Positions 8,471-15,563 of a stretch of DNA of 26,334 bases are shown here, one piece after another. Within the stretch, counting starts at the first letter, position 1. Each line of letters opens with the position of its first letter. A program made the position numbers and the translations under genes. Source of the DNA: Candidatus Aminicenantaceae bacterium (lineage in GTDB: Bacteria; Acidobacteriota; Aminicenantia; Aminicenantales; Aminicenantaceae); NCBI GenBank assembly GCA_041821525.1, contig JBGUED010000001.1:1-26334 (forward strand). The letters run 5' to 3'. Below the pieces are notes generated by a model. It saw nothing but the letters and a program-made list of their open reading frames with translations, made no database searches and was not told the DNA's origin.

Positions 8471-10003
8471 TCATTCCCATTCGATGGTGCCGGGCGGCTT
8501 GGAGGTGATGTCATACACCACGCGGTTGACCCCGAGGACCTCGTTAACGATGCGGTTGGAAATCCGGGACAGGAGTTCGGTGTCCGCGGGAAACCAGTCC
8601 GCGGTCATCCCATCGACACTCTGGACGAGGCGCACCACGACCACACGCTGGTAGGTCCGTCGGTCACCCATCACACCCACCGACCGCACCGGCAGCAGGA
8701 CAGCGAAGGCCTGCCAGAGCTGATCATACAGTCCTGCGGCCCCCACCTCCTGAAGGATGATGTCATCGGCCTCACGGATGATCCGCAGCCTTTCCTGAGT
8801 AACCTCTCCCACAATCCGCACCGCCAGACCCGGGCCCGGAAAGGGATGCTGGGAGATGAATTTCTTGTCCACCCCGAGCTCCAGACCGAGGACCCGGACC
8901 TCATCTTTGAAAAGCTCTCGCAAAGGCTCCACCAGCTTGAACTTCAGGCCCTTAGGCAGCCCCCCCACATTGTGGTGGGATTTAATGCTGGAAGAAGGAC
9001 CCTTGACCGGGCTGCTCTCGATCACGTCCGGATAGATGGTGCCCTGTGCGAGGAAATCCGCGCCACCGAGCTTCTGGGCTTCCTGCTCGAAGATACGGAT
9101 GAACTCACGGCCGATGATCTTGCGCTTCCGCTCCGGGGAAGTCACCCCCTGGAGCTTCCCCAGGAACAGCTCGGAAGCATCCACCCCGGCTACGTTCAAG
9201 GAGAAGCTGGCCTTGAATTTTTCCATCAGGGATAGGTATTGATCCTTACGCAGCAGGCCGTTGTCCACAAAAATGCAGTGGAGGTTGTCTCCGATGGCTC
9301 GGCTGATGATCATGGAAGCGACCAGGGAATCGACCCCGCCGCTCAGTCCGCAGACCACGTGACCGTCCCCGACCTGATCCCGGATCTCTACCACCTTCCG
9401 GTCAACGAACGAACCTATGCTCCAGTCAGCCTTGAGCCCTGCCTGTTCTAACAGGAAGTTGGAGAGGACCTTGAGCCCCTGATCGGTGTGGATGACCTCG
9501 GGATGGAACTGAACACCGAAAAAGCCCTGCTCCCGGTTCTCGATCACGGCCGTGTCGCAGTTGGAGGTCACACCGGTGACAACAAAGCCCGGCGGGATCG
9601 CCTCGACCTTGTCTCCGTGGCTCATCCAAACCTGACTCTGGTCCCGAATCCCGTCCAGGAGGCCGGACCGGTCTTCGATCTTCAGTGCCGCAAATCCATA
9701 TTCCCGCTTCTGGCTCGTGATGACCTTGCCGCCCAGGAGGTAGGCCATAAGCTGAAGCCCATAGCAGATCCCCAGTATCGGAATCCCCAGGCTGAAGATC
9801 TCTGAAGACGGGAGCGGAGATCCCTCATCATAAACACTCTGGGGTCCACCTGAGAGGATCAGGGCCGAGGGCCGCTCCTTTTTAAGCCTGGAAACAGGCA
9901 GCTGAAAGGAAAAAATCTCTGAATACACTCCCAACTCCCGGACCTTGCGCGCGATCAACTGGGTGAGCTGAGAGCCGAAATCCAGTATGTAAACCTTATC
10001 CAT
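8471..10003 (-). CDS. guaA: GMP synthase (glutamine-hydrolysing), 510 aa
   Basis: 'ILDFGSQ', glutaminase triad 'GICYG' and 'QFHPEV', ATP-PPase 'LSGGVDS', 'IKSHHNVGGLP', C-terminal 'SKPPGTIEWE'. Confidence 0.98.
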   Translation of the reverse strand: MDKVYILDFGSQLTQLIARKVRELGVYSEIFSFQLPVSRLKKERPSALILSGGPQSVYDEGSPLPSSEIFSLGIPILGICYGLQLMAYLLGGKVITSQKREYGFAALKIEDRSGLLDGIRDQSQVWMSHGDKVEAIPPGFVVTGVTSNCDTAVIENREQGFFGVQFHPEVIHTDQGLKVLSNFLLEQAGLKADWSIGSFVDRKVVEIRDQVGDGHVVCGLSGGVDSLVASMIISRAIGDNLHCIFVDNGLLRKDQYLSLMEKFKASFSLNVAGVDASELFLGKLQGVTSPERKRKIIGREFIRIFEQEAQKLGGADFLAQGTIYPDVIESSPVKGPSSSIKSHHNVGGLPKGLKFKLVEPLRELFKDEVRVLGLELGVDKKFISQHPFPGPGLAVRIVGEVTQERLRIIREADDIILQEVGAAGLYDQLWQAFAVLLPVRSVGVMGDRRTYQRVVVVRLVQSVDGMTADWFPADTELLSRISNRIVNEVLGVNRVVYDITSKPPGTIEWE

Positions 10004-10009
10004 GAAGAG

Positions 10010-10071
10010 ATTTTATCAGAGGCCTCAAGCAATGTAAACGACGTGTTGTTTTTGGTGTTTTTTTTCTATTT
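10010..10071 (-). promoter_or_regulatory. guaA sigma70 promoter with extended -10 and UP element (leaderless arrangement)
   Basis: Minus strand: A-tracts (about 10071-10046), TTTACA (10038-10033), 17 nt spacer, TGa-TAAAAT (10015-10010), 6 nt (CTCTTC), then the ATG of guaA. No Shine-Dalgarno. Confidence 0.8.
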
Positions 10072-10201
10072 CCCTTCTCAAAACACGGCCGCGGCCCTTA
10101 GAAAATGGGTTTCTAGCCCCTTAAAGCGGGTGGGAAGGAGTGGTCGAGGGAATTATCTCTCACAGTGGGCATGGCGAAAGGTTGGGTGGGATACACAGTG
10201 A

Positions 10202-10224
10202 GGGTGGCGGTGGGTGGGGGCGGG
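10202..10224 (+). other. Canonical G-quadruplex-forming motif upstream of the apgM promoter
   Basis: GGG-TGGCGGT-GGG-T-GGGGG-C-GGG fits G3+N1-7 x4. It lies within a strongly G-skewed intergenic stretch (about 10127-10232). Confidence 0.5.
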
Positions 10225-10233
10225 TCGGCCGGC

Positions 10234-10262
10234 TTGACGAGACTCGGGGAATTTCTTATAGT
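10234..10262 (+). promoter_or_regulatory. sigma70 promoter for the apgM-amidase-DUF362 operon
   Basis: TTGACG (10234-10239), 17 nt spacer, TATAGT (10257-10262). The apgM ATG begins at 10272, 9 nt after the -10. No SD. Confidence 0.8.
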
Positions 10263-10271
10263 GGGCATGAA

Positions 10272-11477
10272 ATGAACGGAATCGACAGAATCATCTCGGA
10301 TCTGTGTATCCAGACAGAATCCAAGATCGTGCTACTGGTCATGGACGGGCTCGGCGACCTGCCGCAGGACGGCCGGACACCGCTGGAAACGGCGCACACG
10401 CCTCATCTCGACCGACTGGCATCAGCAGGCGCCTGCGGTCTGACCGATCCGGTCTCCATGGGGATAACACCCGGGAGTGGCCCGTCCCACCTGTCTCTTT
10501 TCGGCTACGACCCCATGCACTATCAGCTGGGTCGGGGGATCCTGGAGGCCCTGGGAGTGGACGTCGACGTGGGCCCCGATGACCTGGTGGCGAGAGGAAA
10601 CTTCGCCACCCTGAAAGAAGGCCTCATAACAGACCGCCGGGCGGGCCGAATCCCAACAGAAAAAAACCAAGAACTGTGCCGCATGCTGAACGAGGCCCTT
10701 TCTCCCATTGAGGGCGCCGGTATCCGTGTGTATCCTGGAAAAGAGCACCGCTTCGTGGTCCAATTCACTCGCCGCGGCCTGAGGGACGCCCTCACCGACG
10801 CAGACCCCCAGAAAGAGCAAAAACCCAGGGCCTACACAGAAGCGCTCGAACCGGAATCCCGAGACACGGCCGCGCTGGTCAATGCCTTCCTGGACAGGGC
10901 GACCGAGATCCTGCAGGGCCAGGCCAGGGCCAACACCGTGCTGCTGCGGGGATTCGCCCGCTATCCCGACCTCCCGACTATGCGAGAGCGCTTCAAGCTC
11001 CGGCCCGCGGCCATCGCCAACTACCCCATGTACAGGGGGCTGGCCACGCTGGTGGGCATGGAGGTACTCGAGGTGGGCCCGAAGATCTCCGACCTGATCT
11101 CCACCCTGGAACGGCATTATTCCGAGTTCGATTTTTTCTATGTACACATCAAAAAGACCGACTCCTCCGGAGAGGACGGTGACTTTGTCTCCAAGACAGA
11201 AGCGATCACACGTGCGGATACCTTCATCCCTCGTATCACAGCCCTCGATCCCGATGTCCTGGTCGTCACCTCTGATCACTCCACGCCTTGCCGGCTAAAG
11301 GCCCATTCCTGGCATCCCAATCCCTTCCTGGTCCATGCCGAGACCGCTCAGCCTGACCTGGTCTCGACCTTCTCAGAGAGGGCCTGCAGCCAGGGATACC
11401 TCGGCCGCTTCCCTGCCGTTCACGCTATGGCCCTGATGCTGGCACATGGCGGAAAGCTCAAAAAATACGGGGCATGA
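10272..11477 (+). CDS. apgM: 2,3-bisphosphoglycerate-independent phosphoglycerate mutase, archaeal-type ApgM family, 401 aa
   Basis: Start reassigned to ATG 10272, because the upstream part of the track ORF runs through the promoter. Motifs 'LLVMDGLGD', 'TPLETA', 'PGSGPSHLSLFGY', 'ARGNFAT', 'HIKKTDSSGEDG', 'VTSDHSTP'. Confidence 0.9.
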   Translation: MNGIDRIISDLCIQTESKIVLLVMDGLGDLPQDGRTPLETAHTPHLDRLASAGACGLTDPVSMGITPGSGPSHLSLFGYDPMHYQLGRGILEALGVDVDVGPDDLVARGNFATLKEGLITDRRAGRIPTEKNQELCRMLNEALSPIEGAGIRVYPGKEHRFVVQFTRRGLRDALTDADPQKEQKPRAYTEALEPESRDTAALVNAFLDRATEILQGQARANTVLLRGFARYPDLPTMRERFKLRPAAIANYPMYRGLATLVGMEVLEVGPKISDLISTLERHYSEFDFFYVHIKKTDSSGEDGDFVSKTEAITRADTFIPRITALDPDVLVVTSDHSTPCRLKAHSWHPNPFLVHAETAQPDLVSTFSERACSQGYLGRFPAVHAMALMLAHGGKLKKYGA

Positions 11478-12655
11478 TGCGGAAAAAGATCCCATTTTTC
11501 CTGCTTTTCCTGGCCGGATGCAGCGCCCTGATCCCCGCTTCCGGCCAAGGCGATCCCCGGATCGAGATCTATGACCTGCGTCCCTACACCCATTCCACAT
11601 TCACGCGGATCGCCGTGGATGTGGGAAAGCTGCGCGAGTACAACGCCGACGCTCTGTTCGGGCCGGACCGCATCTATGTCGACATCTACCAGGCTAAGCT
11701 CAATCCCATCCTGCACAACAAGGTCATCGAAGTGCAGAACGGGTATGTGAAGCAGATCCGGATCGGGCAGAAGAACTCCACGACCGTCCGGGTGGTAGTA
11801 GACCTGGATTTCGAGGAGATCAAGCGCTACAACGTCTTCCATCTCTTCGATCCCTTCCGTATCGTCATCGACATCCATCCGGACTTTGCCGTGCCCGATG
11901 TCAAGCCCACGGCGCCTCCCAAGCCCGCCGACCCCACTCAGCAGGGGTACAGCCTGGCACGCCAGCTCGGGTTGGGGGTCAAACGCGTCGTCCTGGACCC
12001 CGGCCACGGCGGCAAGGACCCGGGCTGCATCGGCAAGAAGGGCACCCAGGAAAAAAGCGTGGTCCTGGACGTGGCGCTCAAGCTGAAAGCCATCCTGGAA
12101 AGGGAGACCGACCTGGAGGTGATCCTGACCCGGGAATCGGACATCTACATACCGGTCGAGACCCGCACGGTTATCGCCAATCAGCAGCAGGCCGATCTCT
12201 TCATCTCCATCCATGCCAACTCCAATCCCAGGAAAGGGTATTCTGGTGTGACGACCTTTTACCTGAATTTCCCCAGCGATTCCTCGGTCATGGAGACGGT
12301 GGCAAGGGAGAACGCGACCTCGACCAAGAACATGAGCCAGATGGGTGAGATCCTCGGCCAGATCCTGCGGGAGGATAAGACCAAGGAATCCACGGATCTG
12401 GCGCAGCGCATGCAGTCTCAGCTGGTCAAACATCTGAACACAAGCTACAAGGATGTCAAGAACCAGGGGGTCAAGAGCGGCCCGTTCTGGGTTCTGATCG
12501 GGGGAGATATGCCGTCCGTCCTGATCGAGATCTCGCATCTCAGCAACAACCAGGAGGAAAGCCGCCTGCAGACCGACGGCTACCGCAGGGAAGTTGCCGA
12601 GGGAATCTACCAGGGGATCATAGATTATATCGATTCTCTGGGAAAAGGAATATGA
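11474..12655 (+). CDS. N-acetylmuramoyl-L-alanine amidase (AMIN + Amidase_3, AmiC-like), 393 aa
   Basis: Signal peptide. AMIN-like 'RIAVD...RIYVD...IRIGQ...VRVVVDL...PFRIVID'. Zn ligands in 'LDPGHGG', 'QEK', 'SIHANS'; catalytic Glu in 'VLIEI'; regulatory helix 'ARENA'. ATGA overlaps with both neighbours. Confidence 0.92.
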   Translation: MMRKKIPFFLLFLAGCSALIPASGQGDPRIEIYDLRPYTHSTFTRIAVDVGKLREYNADALFGPDRIYVDIYQAKLNPILHNKVIEVQNGYVKQIRIGQKNSTTVRVVVDLDFEEIKRYNVFHLFDPFRIVIDIHPDFAVPDVKPTAPPKPADPTQQGYSLARQLGLGVKRVVLDPGHGGKDPGCIGKKGTQEKSVVLDVALKLKAILERETDLEVILTRESDIYIPVETRTVIANQQQADLFISIHANSNPRKGYSGVTTFYLNFPSDSSVMETVARENATSTKNMSQMGEILGQILREDKTKESTDLAQRMQSQLVKHLNTSYKDVKNQGVKSGPFWVLIGGDMPSVLIEISHLSNNQEESRLQTDGYRREVAEGIYQGIIDYIDSLGKGI

Positions 12656-13548
12656 AGATCATGAAAAGACGAAAGTTCATCAAAGACATAGCCGTAGGCG
12701 GGATGATGCTCAACCTCCCGCACAGCCTTTTGGCGCAGGCAAATCCGGGCCCGCTGCTGGCCCAGGTCACGGGCGACGATCCGGCCCTCATCACCAAAGA
12801 GGCCGTGAATATCCTGGGAGGGATGTCCAAGTTCGTGGCCAAGGGCGAAAAGGTCCTGGTCAAGCCCAACATCGGGTGGGACCGGACCCCAGAGCTCGGG
12901 GCCTGTACCAACCCAGAAGTGGTCAAGGCACTAGTGGAGATGTGTATTGAGGCGGGCGCCAAGGAGGTCACGGTCATGGACAACCCCTGCAATCCCGCCC
13001 GCCGCACCTATGTCCGTTCCGGGATCTCCAAAGCCGCCAAAGATGCCGGAGCCAAGGTCCCCTACCCCAATGACCACAAGCTCAAGAAGATGCCGCTGAA
13101 CGGAGAGTTCCTCAAAGAATGGGAGATCTACAGCGATTTCGTCGAGGCGGACAAGATCATCAATGTCCCCGCCACCAAACACCACAGCCTCTCCCGAGTG
13201 ACCCTGGGTATGAAGAACTGGCTGGGGGCCTGCGGCGGCAACCGCAACCAGATGCACCAGGGCCTGGATCAATGCATGGTCGACCTGGCGGCGTTCTTCA
13301 AGCCTGTCTTCACGGTGTTGGATGCATATCGTGTCCTGTTCCGGAACGGGCCTCAAGGAGGACGGCTGTCCGATGTCAAGGAGCACAAGACCGTGGTGGC
13401 TGGGGTGGATTATGTAGCAGTCGATGCCTTAGGCTCCACGTTCCTGGATGTCGATCCGTCAGTGCTGCGCTTCCTGCAGATAGCCCGGGACCGGGGACTG
13501 GGCGAGCCAGACCTGGAGAAATTGAACATTGAAAAACGAACACTCTAG
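12652..13548 (+). CDS. DUF362-family protein with a twin-arginine (Tat) signal, 298 aa
   Basis: N-terminal 'KRRKFIK' followed by a hydrophobic stretch and 'AQA'. DUF362 motifs 'KVLVKPNIGW', 'TNPEVV', 'INVPATKHH', 'TLGMKN', 'VLDA', 'DYVAVDA'. Confidence 0.85.
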   Translation: MKIMKRRKFIKDIAVGGMMLNLPHSLLAQANPGPLLAQVTGDDPALITKEAVNILGGMSKFVAKGEKVLVKPNIGWDRTPELGACTNPEVVKALVEMCIEAGAKEVTVMDNPCNPARRTYVRSGISKAAKDAGAKVPYPNDHKLKKMPLNGEFLKEWEIYSDFVEADKIINVPATKHHSLSRVTLGMKNWLGACGGNRNQMHQGLDQCMVDLAAFFKPVFTVLDAYRVLFRNGPQGGRLSDVKEHKTVVAGVDYVAVDALGSTFLDVDPSVLRFLQIARDRGLGEPDLEKLNIEKRTL

Positions 13549-15139
13549 AAAATACCGAACCCTCCAGTACCTGCGCATCTTCAGCCAGTACGTCTTCTTC
13601 GTCCTCTTCTTCTATCTCCTGCTGAAAACTCGTTTCCCGGAAGGGGACACCATCGGCCATGTCGAGATCTTCTTCCACTTCGATCCCCTGCTCGCTCTCA
13701 CGACCTTCATCGCCTCGCGCGTGTTCTTCCCGGCCTTCCTCCTGGCCAGCGTAACGCTCCTCCTGACGCTCCTCCTGGGACGGGTTTTCTGCGGTTGGTT
13801 CTGCCCTCTGGGCTCCCTTCACCAGTTCTTCTCCTGGCTCTTCAAAAAGGCAAAACTCCTGAAACCCAAGCTCCCCAAAGACAACCACACGGCCTGGAAG
13901 TACTATCTCTTGTTCCCCATCCTGGTCGGCACTTTGTTCTCACTCAACCTGATAGGGTTCCTGGATCCCTTCTCGCTCCTTTACCGGTCTTTCGCCGTGG
14001 GGATCCTGCCCGCAGTGGACCATACGACCTCGAGCCTCATCGGGCTCCTCTACAACGCCGACCTCTCATCTCTGGGCGATGGGCTCGTCCAGTATTTCGA
14101 GATCCTGAGTCTGAACAGCGTATTCCTGCAAGGCTTCTTCATTGGAATCCTGTTCCTAGGCCTCCTCCTGCTCAACATGACACGGGAGCGGTTCTGGTGC
14201 CGCTATCTCTGCCCCCTCGGGGCCTTACTGGGACTGTTCGCCCGCTGGAACCTGCTCAAACTCCGCATCGATGAGGACAAGTGCATCAAATGCAATCTGT
14301 GCACGCGCCAGTGTCAGACCCAGGCCGATCCCTTCCCCAACGCAGAGTGGAAGCGGTCAGAGTGTGACTACTGCTTTACGTGCGCTGCAGTCTGCCCCAC
14401 CGCCGCCATCGGATTCGGGCCCCAACCTGCGCCTGCGGACCGCAAGATTGTGAATCTGGACCGAAGGAGGTTGATCTTTGCATCCTTCGCAGGGATCGTG
14501 GCCGCGCCCTTCTTCCGCCTGTCTCCGGCACGGGCCCGGGCCTCGGAAAAACTCATACGCCCTCCGGGAGCCCTCCCTGAGGAGCGGTTCCTGCAAAAAT
14601 GCATCAAATGCGGCGAATGCATGAAGGTGTGTCCCACCAATGCCCTCCAGCCGACCCTTACCGAGGCCGGACCCGAAGGGATCTGGACCCCCATGATCGT
14701 CTCCAGGATCGGTTACTGCGAGTACTACTGCTCCCTGTGCACACAGGTCTGCCCTACCGGCGCCATCCAGGAACTGGATATCGAGGCCAAGAACAAGATC
14801 AAAATGGGCTCTGCCTGGATCGACCGCAACCGCTGTATTCCCTGGAAATTTGGAAATCCCTGCATCGTGTGTGAGGAGCACTGCCCGATCTCACCCAAGT
14901 CCATCCAGCTGAACAAGATCGAGATCAAGCTCAAGGATGGGACCATCAAGTCTCCCCTGGCTCCCATCATCGACCTCGAGACCTGCACCGGGTGCGGCAT
15001 CTGCGAAAACAAATGCCCGGTGGTGGACAAGCCTGCCATCTACGTCACGAGCGTAGGGGAGAGCCGTTCCGAGCGCAATCAGTTCCTGCTCGACATCATT
15101 CAGCCGGGTGTGGGCGACATCTACGGGAACAAACCATGA
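13529..15139 (+). CDS. Membrane polyferredoxin, NapH/MauN-like plus NapG/MauM-like fusion, 536 aa
   Basis: TTG start overlapping the DUF362 stop. Several TM helices, two CxxxCP motifs ('FCGWFCPLG', 'WCRYLCPLG'), two ferredoxin motifs, then 'DRRRLIF' plus a hydrophobic helix, 'RPPGA', and four further 4Fe-4S motifs. Confidence 0.9.
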   Translation: MKNEHSRKYRTLQYLRIFSQYVFFVLFFYLLLKTRFPEGDTIGHVEIFFHFDPLLALTTFIASRVFFPAFLLASVTLLLTLLLGRVFCGWFCPLGSLHQFFSWLFKKAKLLKPKLPKDNHTAWKYYLLFPILVGTLFSLNLIGFLDPFSLLYRSFAVGILPAVDHTTSSLIGLLYNADLSSLGDGLVQYFEILSLNSVFLQGFFIGILFLGLLLLNMTRERFWCRYLCPLGALLGLFARWNLLKLRIDEDKCIKCNLCTRQCQTQADPFPNAEWKRSECDYCFTCAAVCPTAAIGFGPQPAPADRKIVNLDRRRLIFASFAGIVAAPFFRLSPARARASEKLIRPPGALPEERFLQKCIKCGECMKVCPTNALQPTLTEAGPEGIWTPMIVSRIGYCEYYCSLCTQVCPTGAIQELDIEAKNKIKMGSAWIDRNRCIPWKFGNPCIVCEEHCPISPKSIQLNKIEIKLKDGTIKSPLAPIIDLETCTGCGICENKCPVVDKPAIYVTSVGESRSERNQFLLDIIQPGVGDIYGNKP

Positions 15140-15546
15140 CTCCCTTTATACTGAGCGTGGCCGTGACCTGGACTCTGGCCAATGTGATGAAACCAGTCAT
15201 CATCCTGATCCGGGAGAAGAAGATCAACCGCAAGACCATCGCCGCCAACGGAGGAATGCCTTCCGGCCACACGGCCCTGGTGGTATCCCTGACCACGTCC
15301 CTTTTCCTGGAGACAGGGCTGTCTCCGGTCTTTATGACGGGCCTGGTCCTGGCGATCCTGGTGATGTACGATGCCCTCAAGGTCCGGGTCGAGATCGAGA
15401 GGCAGGCCCGCGTCATCAACCGGCTGCTGGAGGAAAAGGGCGTGTCGGAGCGCCTCGAAGAAAACGTGGGACACTCCCTTGCCGAGGTGCTGGTCAGCCT
15501 CGTGATGGGGATCGTGATCCCGGTCCTCCTCTTCCACCTCCTCTGA
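15136..15546 (+). CDS. Divergent PAP2-family membrane protein (DUF212, acid phosphatase/haloperoxidase-related), 136 aa
   Basis: Start reassigned to ATG 15136 (ATGA overlap with the polyferredoxin stop). Motifs 'GGMPSGHTA', 'VMYDA', 'LEENVGHS..EV'. Confidence 0.88.
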   Translation: MTPFILSVAVTWTLANVMKPVIILIREKKINRKTIAANGGMPSGHTALVVSLTTSLFLETGLSPVFMTGLVLAILVMYDALKVRVEIERQARVINRLLEEKGVSERLEENVGHSLAEVLVSLVMGIVIPVLLFHLL

Positions 15547-15563
15547 CCAAAAGGGCCTGCTGC

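Noticed and set aside
4651-9235. Long plus-strand ORFs antisense to dnaE and guaA (4651-6582, 7354-8508, 8288-9235)
   Set aside because: Codon-register mirrors of dnaE and guaA, with no RBS, promoter or family motifs.
10140-10271. 44-aa Gly-rich N-terminal extension of ApgM in the ORF track
   Set aside because: It runs through the G-rich tract and the -35/-10 boxes; family homology starts after Met 10272.
11150-11185. 'GEDG' in place of 'GHDG' in ApgM as evidence of inactivation
   Set aside because: As I recall, the Glu variant is common among bacterial ApgM-family proteins, and the other metal ligands and the Ser nucleophile region are intact.
15108-15563. 152-aa N-terminal extension of the glycosyltransferase (apparent fusion or overlapping gene)
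   Set aside because: It is an alternative frame over the PAP2 gene, with Pro/Gly/Arg-rich off-frame composition.
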